Shown: positions 12,459 to 34,278, numbered from the stretch's first letter. The stretch is 64,000 nt of DNA from Amoebidium appalachense (GCA_963693365.1 CAVNZM010000001.1:20406125-20470124), one strand, 5' to 3'. The notes: a model not told the origin generated them from the letters alone. Translations and numbers: made by a program.

Positions 12459-14056
12459 GGGGGAGGGGGGGAGGGGGGGGGGGGAGAGAAGGGGTTGCAT
12501 GTGTGTATGCTCAATTTAGCCAGTGTTATCTTGCCGATTGTGGGCTGCGTGTGTGTATGCGTGCACGGGTGCAAGTGTCAAAGTCTGGTCATATGGGGAT
12601 GATGCTGTGGGTGCATGTGTGTGCATGTGTGTGTGTGGGCAGGGAAGCGAGCGCGAGAGGGGCTCGAGGGGGGGGGGGGGGGGGGGGGTAGCAGGTACCC
12701 AGCGAGTGCGATTGAGCGCAAGGTGTCGCCACCACCAATGGCCTGGACCATGCGGTCGAACTTCTCCACCTCGATGGCCTGCAGCTCCTTGGCCTTGGCT
12801 ACCTCAAGCTCGTTCTGCCGCCTGCAGTGCAACAACATGTGAGGAGGGGGTGGCCCCTTGAAAACGTGGTGTGTACTGTCTGTGTGCCCACGTGTTTGTG
12901 TATATGTGTCTGTGTGCCTGCGCTATGTGCCTACGGGTGTGCGTACGTGCATGCCTGCATGAATGTGTGCGCACGTGTGCACACGTGTGTGTGCACTGTC
13001 ACACGCACGTGCATTTCTCCGTGCGTGCACACGTGTGCGCGCAGGTGTGAGAAATTCATGGGTGCGTGCATGTGTGCGAGTGTGTTTGTGGTTTGTGCAG
13101 GTAACCCCGTCCAACCACCCTGTTCTGTTTCCTCTTGCAATGACCCCCAATGCATGGATGGCACGTACATGATGAAGTCCAGCTCGGCCCTTCTAGCGGC
13201 ATCCAGCCTCTCCAGCTCACTCCTAGCTTCGATGTTGTCAGCCTCTGCCTTGAGCTGGGCCATCTTGACTGCTGCCTCGGCCTCGATGCTCTTGACCGCC
13301 GCCTGCGCCTCCGCCTCGGCCTTGGCTTGCCCTGCACCGTGCGGTCAGTAAAAGTGTGTGTTGGAAGTGCAATAACAGGGATGATGGGGGGGGTGGGAGG
13401 GGGGGGGGGGATGCACGAGCACAAGCATGCACGGGCAGCAAGAATGTGGCACGTGGGCTCATGTGGATTTTGTGTGGGTGGTGATTGCTACCATTTTGCA
13501 TTGTACGGTATTGCCCACGACATCATCATGGCTCCCAACTACACCTAATGCTGAATTGGCATACATCTCTAGGAAGACACTGTGCAATCTCCTGGCATAC
13601 CATGTTTGTGCTAAACGGAAGGCGTCCCGGACGGAGGGAGTTTGGGGCGGGGTGGGGTGGGGGGGGGGGGGGGGGGGTCATGGCAGGAGAATGGGCAGAG
13701 GCAAGATAGAAGATGCATGTCTGCAAGGCACCATACCAGCAATCTGCACGGCTGTGGTGTCAGCCTTGAGCAGCTCCAGGTCCTTGCGCAGCCGCTCTGC
13801 CTCGACCTCGTCCCTGATGCGGGCCTTGTCCAGGTCACCCCTAGCACGCTGCTCCTTCTGCAGTGCATGGTGCCGGGCCTCGGCCTCCGTGGCATTGGTC
13901 GTGATCTCGATGGCTAGCTGCACACTCTTCTGGAGCGCATCCCGCGTGCGCTGCAGGCACAGGTATAATTAGCACTGAGCAGGTGTGGGTTCCATGCTCG
14001 TGTGTTGCCACTCAATTAATGCATTGTGTATAGTGTATAAGATCTGTGTATGTGCG

Positions 14057-14092
<36 letters not shown>

Positions 14093-14201
14093 TGTGGACT
14101 GCTGGGGATAGAGACTGGGTGGAACGGAGGGGAGGGGGGCGGGGGCGGGCGGCGGGGGGATAGGGGGAAGGGGGGGAGGAGGGGGAAGGGGAGGGGAGGA
14201 A

Positions 14202-14235
<34 letters not shown>

Positions 14236-14250
14236 GGTGTGTGTGTGTGG

Positions 14251-14286
<36 letters not shown>

Positions 14287-16584
14287 GGGGGGGGGAGGGA
14301 CTGACCTGGTCCACGGGCTCAGCACTCTGGATGTCGATGCTTGTGATGCTCAGATGGTTGGCTGGGAACCGCAGGCAGTCGTTGGGCTCCACAACGTCAG
14401 AATCCTGCACACACGGTCAGCACACAGTCAGCACGAAAACATGCATGCACACAGCCAGCACAGAGGCATGCACACAGCCAGCACACACACATGCATGCCT
14501 ACAATATGCATGCATACATACGGTTGACAGCATTCATGGATGCATGCATATCTCACTTCTCCCCCCCTTCCCCCCCTTCTGATCGTCACCCTTCCCCTCC
14601 CCCCCTCCCTCCCCATTTCACATTTCACATCCCTGCATCCATCTCCTGCTTAGATCTCAACCTTAAACGCAAAGTATAGCATCATATCAAATCTCCCTAA
14701 CAGCACGGTAACTTTCGGGGATTGAGGTGACAGGTGTGCTCAGGTCGCTCATAGGTACAAGGGGGGGAATGTACCTTCTTTGGGCCAAACACGGCCATGC
14801 GAATGATGTGCACCGAGTTGCGGTGAAAGTCGTCAAAGGTGGTGGCTGCCACGGCACCTCGGATGGCCGAAGCAGCGGTCTTGCATAGGTCCCCTATGAA
14901 GTCGGGCACGGCAAACAGCTTGAGCGCCTCCTGCATGGTCAGAGAGGGGGTGAGGAGGGGCACAGGGGGGTGTGGGTGGGCGAGGGATGGCCCCTTGTAT
15001 TCACATGCATGGTGGCAAAGCCGACGTGGTAGCAGTGCACGTGAATACAATGGGCATGGGCGTGGGCCGGGGGCCACATTTTTGCGCCTTGGAAACACCA
15101 GCATCTGATTGGTGGCGATGGCTGTGCAAATGTATAGGTCCACATCAGCAAGGTAAACCTGTGGCTATAGCTTGCAGGATGTGTAAAGTACAAGCACCGC
15201 ACATAGGAGGGGTGGAGAGGGGTGGAGAGAGAGAGGGAGGGGGGGGGGGGGGGGGGGAGGGGGTTGGTGGGCTGGGTCACCCGGGAGAGCCGAGGGGGGA
15301 GAGGGGGGTTTGGACCTCCGGGCTGTCGCGGTCGACATCGAAGCGCCAGTTGTAAGCAATGTGCAGCTGCATGCGGGTGTGGTCTGCCGTCTCGATCTGG
15401 ATGATGTCTGTACAGAAGTCCGGCCCCAGCAGCAGCACTATGGTTCGGATCTGGTTGGGCTTCTTGGGCTTGCCCCCACTCAGCGACACCTGCGTGAACT
15501 CCTCGTCCGGCCCCTGTCCTGGTCGTTAGCAAGAGCATTGCAGAGGGGAACAGAGGAGACAGAGAGAGGGGAAGAGAGGAAGAGGGAGGGCGGGGAGTGA
15601 GAGAGGGGCCGCCGGGGGGGGGGGGGGGGGGGGAGTTTGGGGGCCGGGAGCGGGGGAAGAGGGGAAGAGGGGGGGAGGGTGAAGAAGAGACGTGGAAGCT
15701 GGGGGGAGACCCAGACTAAGAGGGTGAGGCGAGGATCGGCTTTTCAAGAACAGGTAGGTCTGGTAAGTGAGGGGGAGAGGGGGGGGAGATTTGGGGGCCG
15801 GGAGCGGGGGAAGAGGGGAGGAGGGGGGGGGAGGGTGAAGAAGAGAGGTGGAAGCTGGGGGGAGACCCAGACTAAGAGGGTGAGGCAAGGATCGGCTTCT
15901 CCAGAACAGGTAGGTCTGGTAAGTGAGGGGGAGAGGGGGAGGGGAGGGGAGAAGGATGTGTGTCGGTACCAGCATGACCAGGTCGGGGCCAAAGACCACC
16001 CTCGACTTCTTCTTCTTGTAGTCGTACACCTGCACGGCTGCATTGTGCGGCACCCTGCAGCCCAGAGTCAGTGTTAACATGCTGCCTATAGGCCTGGACT
16101 GCAGGCACGGTGCATCAGGCCAGAACAGGAGCATCGGAAAGGAACCATTTGCCCGGCAACGGTGGTGATAGGCCAACGAGGGAGAATGCTTGGGGGAAGG
16201 GGGGGAGAATGGTGGTGGTGGTGGTGGTGCTGCGGGCACCGGGGCAGGCGGGAGGGCGGGGGGAGGGGTTCGGGGGGAAGGGGGGGGAAGATGAGTAGAT
16301 ACGGATGGTACGTACCTGTAGGTGACGACCCTCGTCTTGTCCCTGCCGCGTGGGGCGCCAGCCTGGCTGGGGCGCTGGCTGCGGTCTGCCAGGGCGTCTC
16401 TGTCGCTGGCAAGCAGCTGCTCCACGGCATCGGGCAGCTGCTTCTGCCACAGCTCCTCGTACTCGTTGAGCATGTACGCCTTGCCCGTCTCCGCACGCAC
16501 CTTGCCTGTGCACACGTCAGTGCGCGCACGTGTGTGTTGGGGAGGGGGGGGGGAGGTGGGGCATATGCGCGTGGTTGGGTGGGT

Positions 16585-16632
<48 letters not shown>

Positions 16633-16765
16633 GTGGGGGTGGAAGAAGTGCATGGGCCTGCACATGTGTTATGGTGTTGGTAGAAGGAAAATCGGTATGC
16701 GTTGGGGACATGCACATGGTGGTGGAGAAGGAGGTGGAGAGGTGGTGGAGATAGTTTTTTTTTTT

Positions 16766-16796
<31 letters not shown>

Positions 16797-17929
16797 GGAG
16801 GGGGGGGGGGGAGGGAGACAACTGGCCATTGTAGTGGGCACATGTGCATTTTGTGGGGGGACGGAGGGGAGGGCATGGTACCTGTGCGGATGTCGCGCAC
16901 GTAGATGCCCTCGTTCTCCTCCAGGGGGATGGACTGCCGCCTGTCCAGCACCTCCACGTCCACTGATGGAATGTACTCCCCTGGGCCCTTGATCATCCAC
17001 CGATCACCGGGCTGCCGGGTGCTGCTGCCGTCCTTGAACTGCTTGACCGCCCCTGCACAAACACGTGTGAGCGCCCAGCATACACGCTGCAGGGTCATAT
17101 GCACACGCAGGGGTTTTATCACACACACCACTGCAGGGTTACGCACATGCAGGTTTTAGCACACACACTGCAGGGATATTATACACATGCATAAGGTTTT
17201 GCACTCACACTGCAGGGTTATACACATGCAGTGGGTTTGGCACACACACACACTGCAGGGTTAAACACATGCAGGGGGTTTACTTACTCAGCACCAGGCC
17301 CTCCTCCTCGCTCAGCACGTAGATGTCCTGGATGCCATCCTCCAGCCTCTCCCCCGGCTGCAGGAAGAAGGACTTCTCCCCCGCCACCACCTTGCGTGTG
17401 CCCAGCTGGTTCTTGCCGTTCTGCTCACACCCTCATGTCAACCCTGGTTCATTCTCCTACCATTGCTCCCCCCTCCCCCCCCCCCCCCCCCCCCCGGGCC
17501 CCCCGCCCTCCCCCCCCGTCACCACCCCACTGCACTCCTGACCTTCTGCTCTTACACCCAATATACAATGTATGGCAGTCTGTTCCCACACCTCCCCTGC
17601 CACCTCTTAGGCTTTCTCCACGTAAAGCCCAGAAATGATAAGGTGCAGCTTCACATTCTTCCCTTATAGCCCCTTCTTGCCAAGGCGGCACCATCAAGCC
17701 TGCCTTGGCTCTATCCCTTTCTAAACCCCCTCCGTACATCGTTGTTCAATTAGATTTCCCACCCTGTTGCTGTTACAAAGCCACTCCCCTCCACCCCCTT
17801 CCCCCCCATACACACACATTCCCCCGTACCCCCCACACACAAATCACGACCCCCCCCCCCCCCCTCCCCCTCCCACCCACCCATACAACTTGTGACACTC
17901 TGAGAAAAGACATCTAGCTATCTGTCAAC

Positions 17930-17968
<39 letters not shown>

Positions 17969-18719
17969 ACTCACACACACACACGCGCGCGCGCGCGCAC
18001 GCACACACACACGCGCGCACCAGCACGGGGTCCACAATGACGCAGTACTGGCGGTTGCTGAGGGTGGTGATGTCGACATTCTTGACCACCTCCTCGTGCA
18101 CCGTGGGGATGAACGACTCCGTGTCGGCCAGTGTGATCAGCCACTCCTCACCACTCTGCAGGAAGTGGAGGTAAGAAAAACATGCAGTGCAAGAGAAGAG
18201 ATCAACATGTGGGAGAACCAGGACGAGGGTGCCGGGAGGAGGGTGCGCGGGGGGGGGGGGGGGGGGAGGCGGGAAGGGCATGGCAGGATAGTGTCTGTGT
18301 GTTGCTTTGCTGTGGGACGTTAACCGGTGGTGGAGTGGGTGGGTGGATGAGTTATTGTGTTTGTGTGTGTGTGTGAGTGCATGCATGCACGGGTGTGTGT
18401 GTGTGTGTGTGTGTATCTGTGTCCGTGTGTGTGTGTGTGTGTTTGTGTGCGTGTGTGTTGGTATGGGGAGGTGTTGTGTGTGTATAGCCTCTGTATGGGG
18501 CAAGTCCCAGCATGGAGCCCGAAATAGGGACACCGACCTTTCTTGTCTTGCCGAACTTGTCCACAAAGGTCTTCTTTGCGCGCATGTGCAGGGCCGTCCT
18601 CTCAGTGAGGATGTAGGCATCCAGCGTCTCCACCACCTCCTCGTAGGCCGCTGGCAGGTACGCACCAATCGTCTCCACAGTCCACTCGTCCCCAGTCACG
18701 TGCGCCTGCCCGTCCCTGT

Positions 18720-18793
<74 letters not shown>

Positions 18794-18881
18794 TGTGCAT
18801 GTCCGAGGGGAGGTGGGGAGGGAGTCAGCATTTTTGGGCACGAGTTACATGAGCCACGCAGAAGGGAAATAAGTCAAGGAA

Positions 18882-18917
<36 letters not shown>

Positions 18918-18996
18918 AATCTGTAGGTGAAGGAGTGGGGGATAGGTGGTGGTGGTGGGGGGGGGGGGGTGGGGGGGGGGTGGTGGTGGTGGTGCG

Positions 18997-19037
<41 letters not shown>

Positions 19038-19289
19038 CTGGTATATCTATGTCCCAAAGGCGTTACAAGTCAACTCATGCAGCTCAAGAGCGATCTGGAT
19101 TAGCGTAAAACAGCTGAGGAATTGCAGCTAAGCTTTTACCCAGACGGGCAGGGTTGCTCAAGGAGCAGGGTTGTTCAGAGAAAGCAATCTTAAACAAAAC
19201 ACAAAACACATCCAAACTTATTAAAAAAAAAGATAGCTCAAAGTAGAGAAAAGGTGGGGCCTCTACTTCCCCAACGGGGAGAGAGAGGG

Positions 19290-19320
<31 letters not shown>

Positions 19321-20163
19321 AGGCGGGGGGGGGGGGGGGGGGGGGGGGGTCCAGATGGAAAGTGGTGAGGGTGGAGCATAAGCAGCAGGAGGAAGGGAGT
19401 GTGTTTGTGTTTGTGTGTGTGTGTGTGTGTGGCTGTGGCGTGAGGGGGAGGTATTGCCACCTGCCAGTGCAGTCCTTCCTAGCACGCAGCTTGAGGGCCT
19501 GGTTGGGGCGGATGACCGTAGCAAGCACCCTCTCCACCACCTCCTCGTTAACGTGTGGAATGTACGTGCCTGCCATTAAGCACATAAGTTAACACCGGTA
19601 GCGTGCATATTCCCCCCCTCCCCCTGGCCCTCCCCCACTCTCCCCGCTTTCGCCACTACAAAGCCACAACCAAATGAAGGCATTGCCCCTCAACATTCTC
19701 CCAACTATTCCCAGAGCCTTTGGCTATGATTTTTTGTTATGTCCAAAAACACCAGGTAAATACCCACGTCCCAAACAAACCCCTAACCTCCCTCCCCCCC
19801 TCCCCCACTGTCTCTCCTCCTCTCCCGCCAAAGGGGTTTCCAGGGCCAATCCCATGTCCTCAATGCCAAAACCCTCCACTTTTCAACAGCCTTGCAGCAC
19901 ATACCCGGACCCTCGAAGAGCCACTCATCCCCCGCAACCCTGACCACGCCCTTTGCGTCCTGGAAGTCCAGCACCGCCCTCAGCCGCAGGGCCACATTTG
20001 CAGCCACAATCGCAAGCTTGGTCAACGGCTTGACCACCTCCTCCCCGGGGTACAGCGGGAACGGGTCCCCTGCAAGACGCACCTCCAGGTCGGCAAACCG
20101 GAGCTTAGCCTGCCCACTGCTTTCAACAACAACCTGGGGGAGGAGGGGGGAAGGGGACAGGTA

Positions 20164-20195
<32 letters not shown>

Positions 20196-20758
20196 GGAGG
20201 GGAGGGAGGTTAGCACAAATGGCAACGGAGCAATTAGAAGTATGAGCGGGAAAAGAAAAAGGAGTTGACGATTGGGCAAAGGGAAGGGGATGGGGAACTA
20301 CAGGGAAAGAGGGTGAAAATTTCTTCCTCTCATACTTGTATTTGTTCATGACGGCAGGGGAAGAGAAAAGTGAGTGATACAGGCCGAAAATGGATCATAC
20401 CGCCTACCCTCAAGTAACAGGTAGTGGGTATAGACTCCTAGTTTTACAACAGTTGTCACGGTGTGATATATGGTGGACTAAGGTTGTGTTAGCGTTTTGT
20501 GCGTCTTTGTATGTTTGTTGGTAGTGGTTGTGGCGGCGGAAAAAAAGGGGAGAGGGAGGAGGGGGGCGGGGAGGGGGAGGGGGGTGCAAAGGAGCCACCG
20601 GTGGGTGGCATCCTTTCGACCCTGCAGGTATGATAAAAAAGACTCTTGTTACTTGAAGAGGGAAAAAAATCGACACTAACCGGATAAATAATGATAACAA
20701 GGCTGGGTAGGGCGCCTAGGCAGAAGAAAGGGAAGGGGCTCTAGGGGTTGTTGCTGTT

Positions 20759-20789
<31 letters not shown>

Positions 20790-20834
20790 GGGGGGGGGGG
20801 GGGGGGGGAGGGGTTGTGTGTGTGTGTGTGTGTG

Positions 20835-20867
<33 letters not shown>

Positions 20868-20918
20868 GGGGGTAATCAGGAAGGGGAGGGGATGAGGGTT
20901 GAGGGGTTGAAGGCTTTT

Positions 20919-20986
<68 letters not shown>

Positions 20987-21434
20987 ACCTCTCCGTCTTC
21001 ATCTCGTTGGACTGGGTTCTGGACTACGCAATAGTGGTTTGGAGGTACCGTGACCATACGTGTTGGGGTGACCACAACCTGCAACCCAAACGTTAGCACA
21101 CTCTAAGCAGAGAATGGGAGAACTACATACAAGATGACCTTGCTTCATGATCTGCACTCTGCACCAACAAAAGCTGGGCTAGCCAGGCCCTCGGCTTACG
21201 ACTCGGCAACAGCTCGAACCCATGGCCAATTAGAAGCAGCCGTCTACATCAGTTTACAATATGTCGCATGCAAGACAGGTTAAGCATATAACAACACACC
21301 TGTTCATTGTCCTGGCGAATGAAGGTTTGTGGGCCGATTACAAGGCGGGTGACGTTGGTTTGTGAATCAAAGACATGGATGTAGTGGTATGGGGCAATCC
21401 GAATCAAACTGCTCTTGTCGTCGGCCGGCGCCAT
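11760..21434 (-). CDS. MVP: Major vault protein, 17 exons, about 846 aa (860 aa if the in-frame ATG at 21476 is used)
   Basis: GT-AG exons with consistent phases: 21434-21300, 21078-20989, 20133-19905, 19569-19461, 18715-18538, 18155-18021, 17420-17288, 17052-16882, 16505-16316, 16054-15970, 15513-15316, 14930-14775, 14404-14306, 13950-13737, 13331-13169, 12821-12699, 11892-11760 (total 2541 nt). MVP motifs: [104 protein letters not shown]. Confidence 0.96.
15633..15945. repeat. Tandem duplication of about 155 bp in MVP intron 10
   Basis: TTTGGGGGCCGGGAGC...GACCCAGACTAAGAGGGTGAGGC...AGAACAGGTAGGTCTGGTAAGTGAGGGGGAGAGG occurs twice in tandem with few differences. Confidence 0.9.
17080..17280. 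repeat. Minisatellite (about 40-bp unit, about 5 copies) filling MVP intron 7
   Basis: Repeated CACACACTGCAGGGTTATACACATGCAGGGGTTTT-like units. Confidence 0.8.
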
Positions 21435-23259
21435 TTTCTCTATTCTTGGTGGGGCTGCTGCTTGCTTGCCTGACATAGTTCCCGAGATCCTGTGGGGTTT
21501 GCACAGGTGTCTGCTTGAGTTTGGGCTTTCTCATTGAACACAACATAACAGGGAAGGGATCTACTGTTGGTTAGTCCAGGCATAGAAGGTCTGATTAACA
21601 TGCGGTTACTAAAACCAGGCTAGATGTCTGATTAAGGGGTATCAGTGACGTGTTTCACAGAAAAGACTTGAAAATTAGCAAAAGAACAAGCAGCTCTTGT
21701 TTGCAGGTCACCTGGGGCATACCGACCCAAAAAGACGGCCACATACGTAACCTACGGAAAGGTAGCCCTACGTATACACCTTGAACCTGTAAGGCCTTTT
21801 GTCTAACCGGGCTTTTACGCTTTGTAAGGGTCCAGCACGTTCATGCGGAGAAAGGCAGAGAGAATAGGCAGAGCAAGGCGGCAAGAAAAGAGAAGGGGCT
21901 GGGGAACGGGATTACTAACAGAGCTCGGTTATACTCTCATACGCCACACACTGTTGAGGGTGGCTGCTCTGCGGTCAACTTGAAAACTGGTGCGAAGATT
22001 TTGTTTTGACTGACTTTATAGTAAATTGCGTAACCCACACAGCTTTATTGTGTTATGAAATCTATGATTTAGAGACCCCCTTTAAAGCATTTAAATTATA
22101 GAGAGTGTTATTTCTGTATCATTTAGTCTGCTGATTGGTTGAATGGCTTTATTTTTAGTTTTACCAAACGCCCATTCCATTCGACATCCCAGGGCTTCAT
22201 ATGATCTATCAGGATGACGGCTCTAAAAATGAGGTCAACATTCATATGAATGAGATCGACTGTTGAAGTTAATACATATACCTGCACTAAATAATTCTCT
22301 CTATTCAGAGTATGAGCTTTAAATGGCCAAAATCATCATAATAGTGTCATGTATTTCATTAGTGTATTTTCGAGAGAGTAATGCCTGCCATATTTGGCAG
22401 GTTTCGGTGACCAATGAAAGGCGACTAGCTATTATGACGTAACCGTTGGGCGAGGCGGCCAAGTTGGCATTGCGCCTTCTCGGGAGATTAGGCGGAGGCC
22501 TTATGATCTCACACGGCCACGGCCCAGCAGGCCTAGGCCTAGGCCCTAGGAGCACTGTCACCTGTGGCAGGCAGCCGCAGGAGCTGAGTCGAGCTTGAAC
22601 GCGCAGCTTGCGCGGGTACGCGTGGCCGTGCAGCACACGTGTGCTGCATCACATGTGCAGACACTCACGGCACAGCTCACCCGGTGACCATGGACGTGTA
22701 CGGTGTTTGTGCCGGGCTGCACTCGTACTCCTTTGCTACGTACTGCATGGTTGATTCAGGTACTGCTCAATCGACACGATTTGCACCTTGCTCGACCCCC
22801 AGGCACAGCCCGGCGGGCACAGTTTTTATTTGACGCCATCATTATGTCCCGACCAGTGTTGATCCAGTCTGAACGACCCATCATCGTGCTATAACGCTAC
22901 TAGCACATGCATACACTCGATTATATAAAAAAAGTGACCAGCCTGGAAAAATGCATAAAAAACACCGCCCACTTGTGGCATGACCTGTGCTTTGTAACCA
23001 GTTGCAAGTGTAAGAGCCAAAAACATGTGTGTGGTTCTATTTCCTGAGTGCTGACCGGTCAATAATGTGCTGTTGCCAAACAAAATTTTAAGTGATAAAC
23101 GGCCAACGACACAAAAAGAAGCAGAACAAAACACCGTGTTTACTGTGTCAGAGCCCCAACACCCCACAACCACGCTAAATGCTATCCCACCCACCATGCA
23201 GTCTGACTCTGCGCACACGATATTAGTTTTTCACTTGGGGCATAGTATTATTCATTGCC

Positions 23260-30973
<7,714 letters not shown>

Positions 30974-31485
30974 GTTTGACCCTTACGCAGAGCGCTACCG
31001 TGATAATAACACCTATACCCTCTTGCCTATACAACCTCGCTAACTACCCACCTACTACTGTGCTACTTACTGGTATAGAGGGACTGCGCGCTACCAAGGC
31101 CTTTTTGCCTTCCGTCAGTTTTCTCGTTTTTTTAGACCGGCCGGCTTCGAAGCTTCAACTTTTGATCATTAGGTGACAATCTTGGTTGCCATTTTTGGTA
31201 ATTTAGTGGGTCTTATATGCAAATATTCCAAGTTCAAACAAATCCGCTCAAGAAATGTGCAGTTACATAAGGATTAACTTACATAGATTATAAAATGTAA
31301 AAAGAAAGGTTTCAGCTAGAACAATAATGCCACTTAGCTGGCCTTTTTTCTTATATAACTCTTTTCCATACCTTTTCTCTGCAGAGTCTGGAGTCTCAAG
31401 AAAGAGACGGCGGATCTGATTGGCTGTCTTATTTTTGGTCTGATGGGTTTTCAATTGGTTCATGGTCACGGCATTGACTTTGCCG

Positions 31486-31517
<32 letters not shown>

Positions 31518-31696
31518 CCTCTCTCTCTCTCTGTTCCCTTGGAAGCTTCAAAGACGCCCGTGCTTAACTTAAAAGGGAATCCGAAGCCCTCTTGTCGATC
31601 TATATATTTTTTTTTCATTTTCTCCCTTCTCCTAGTACATAGCACCTTGGTTTCTGCTGAACAACCTATAAGACATCACCCTTATACTCGATAAAA
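30974..31696. promoter_or_regulatory. Probable bidirectional promoter between V-ATPase C and the PAC-like gene
   Basis: 723 bp of AT-rich DNA between divergent ATGs, containing a TGATTGG (CCAAT) box near 31417. Confidence 0.5.
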
Positions 31697-32461
31697 ATGG
31701 CTATGGACACCGAGTCAGGCAGTCTGCTGGTTGCGTCGCAGGGTGGGTGGGCTGGGCAGTGGGCCAAGCACGCGTTTGTTGGTTTTGCAGACCTGGCTGG
31801 TGTGGGCAACAGGGCACTACTTGGCGCGGCAACAGCACCGGGCCCAGGAGCAACAAGTAAGTGCACAATGACCCTTGCCTGCCTATGTGAAGGCTTAAAA
31901 AGCGAAAACTAACAACGAAACCACAGACAGCTATGAGGTGAAGAACAGCAGAGTTGCTACTGTCGCGACAGGAGACGTCAGTCTGGCGGCAGTTCTTGTT
32001 TCACACTTCTTCTCAACAAGCCCCGAGACACCGAGCAGCACGTTTGTGACCGTGAATGTGGTGATGGATGACGAGCTGGCTTCACACCTAGCAAACGAGT
32101 TGTTAAATCTTTTGCTGGCAAAGGGGGTAAACCGGCTTTCGATTGTGGCCGGACTTCACTTCACACCAGCCACCCGCTCAGACCAGGACAAAGTTCATAC
32201 GTATAGTTTTAACGATTCTCTGTCGGAAAAAATCCTCGCCCCATGCCCCGCCCTCCCTTCGTCTGTCCCTGCCAAAGATACCTTTTTTTCTTCGCTTTTG
32301 AATCTGCTTGTTGTTGAGAAGTTGGGCACCAGTGTGTATGCGTACCCAGCAAGAAAAACGGTTAACGGAGAAGATGAGGCTGTGTGGATCGGCGTAGCAG
32401 CACTCCAAGAAGGTAAGCCAATAAGTTGTCTGCCTTGTTGTCCCTTAGGTCTATTAAGGAG

Positions 32462-32492
<31 letters not shown>

Positions 32493-33022
32493 GGTGGTGC
32501 CTCTATTGTTGCTTGCTAAGCAGACTTAGCCTCTGCATCCAACTAAAAGACGAATTACTCTTGGTTCACATTCAAGTTCTAATTTTCTTTATCCTAAGCA
32601 ATCACGAGTATGCTTGCTTCTTATAGATTTCTTGTGCTGTAAGTCTTGCATTCTTTCTTTCTCTTCGTCTCTATCCGCACCCCCAACACCCCGCACTTCT
32701 TCGGCCCGGTATGCCAAAGCCTGATTTCCTGCTTTGGCACACATCCCGTTTTCTTACTTCTTACGTTAGATACTGTTCATAGAGGCACACGCCCGCTTTT
32801 AAATGTTCCCACCTTCACCGCCAGCGCATCTGTCCCTCTCTCCTGCTTATTGACCTACCCCTTACCCTTTTTTTGGCATGTGCCCCTTTTCAATATACCT
32901 TCTGGTTTTGCCTCTACCCTTTCGTTCTATTCCCCACCTCCCCCCCCCCCCCCCCCTCCCCCCTTCCCCGGCCCATTCCCCCCCTCCCCCCCCCCCCCGC
33001 CCCGCCCCCCCGCCGCCGCCAT

Positions 33023-33073
<51 letters not shown>

Positions 33074-33083
33074 ACCCTTTCCC

Positions 33084-33115
<32 letters not shown>

Positions 33116-33408
33116 AAAAAAAAAAAACAGACACACAAACACAAACACACACACAGCAAGAACACACATGTCCCTCCCTCTTCCCTCCTGTAGTTTTTCT
33201 TACCCACCCCTCCACCCCCCTCCCCCTCCTCCTCCTCCTCCTCCTCCTCCCTCGTGCTTCTGCAGTTGGCATACCCTCCTTTCCCCCCAACCTATGACAT
33301 TTCGACTTCGCAATATAACGACACACCTGCTTTCTCCTGCTTCGTATATCTGGTCACGTGTAGCTGTCGTGCAATAATACTATTGGTGCGCACAAATCTC
33401 AGGCTGTG

Positions 33409-33439
<31 letters not shown>

Positions 33440-33994
33440 TATTGCATATTTGAATGTTTGCATTTGCGTGTGTCCTGCACCATGCTTCTCATCGTGTGTG
33501 CGTACTTCGTACCGTGTTCCGCATTCAAACCCCCCCAGTCTTGTTTCAGAGGTGTCCTTTCAGGACAGACCACTGTGTGGAGACAGCTTTACTTCCATGC
33601 AACCGGGCATGGTTGCTCTGTGTGGTGCATCTGTAAGCATATACGCATTTTTCGCTGCATGCTGCATTAGCACATCTTCACCTTTTAGCTCACTTTGCTT
33701 GCATAAGCAACCCTGTTCGTATTTGATCAAGACGGGTTGACCCTCCCTAGTTCAGTTGATGCTGCTGTCTGAGTTGAAGAGTCGTATATACGCGGGGCTA
33801 AAGGGTCGAAACTCAGACGCAATTGATGACTTGGGCCCTCCCTGAGGATGGGTTCTGCTTATGATGCATACTGTGCGCATTGCTGATATTGCATATTTGA
33901 ATGTTTGCCTTTGCATGTGTCCTGCACCATGCTTCTCATCGTGTAGGCGTACTTCGTACCGTGTTCCGTATTCAACCCCCCCCCCCGTCCCCCC

Positions 33995-34076
<82 letters not shown>

Positions 34077-34193
34077 ACCACCACCACCACCACCACCACC
34101 ACCACCATCATCACCCCTGTGCACACGTGCGCGCACACATGCACGCACGCAAACAAAAAAACATGCTTACCTTATCCACCCACCTGGCCCTTT

Positions 34194-34278
<85 letters not shown>

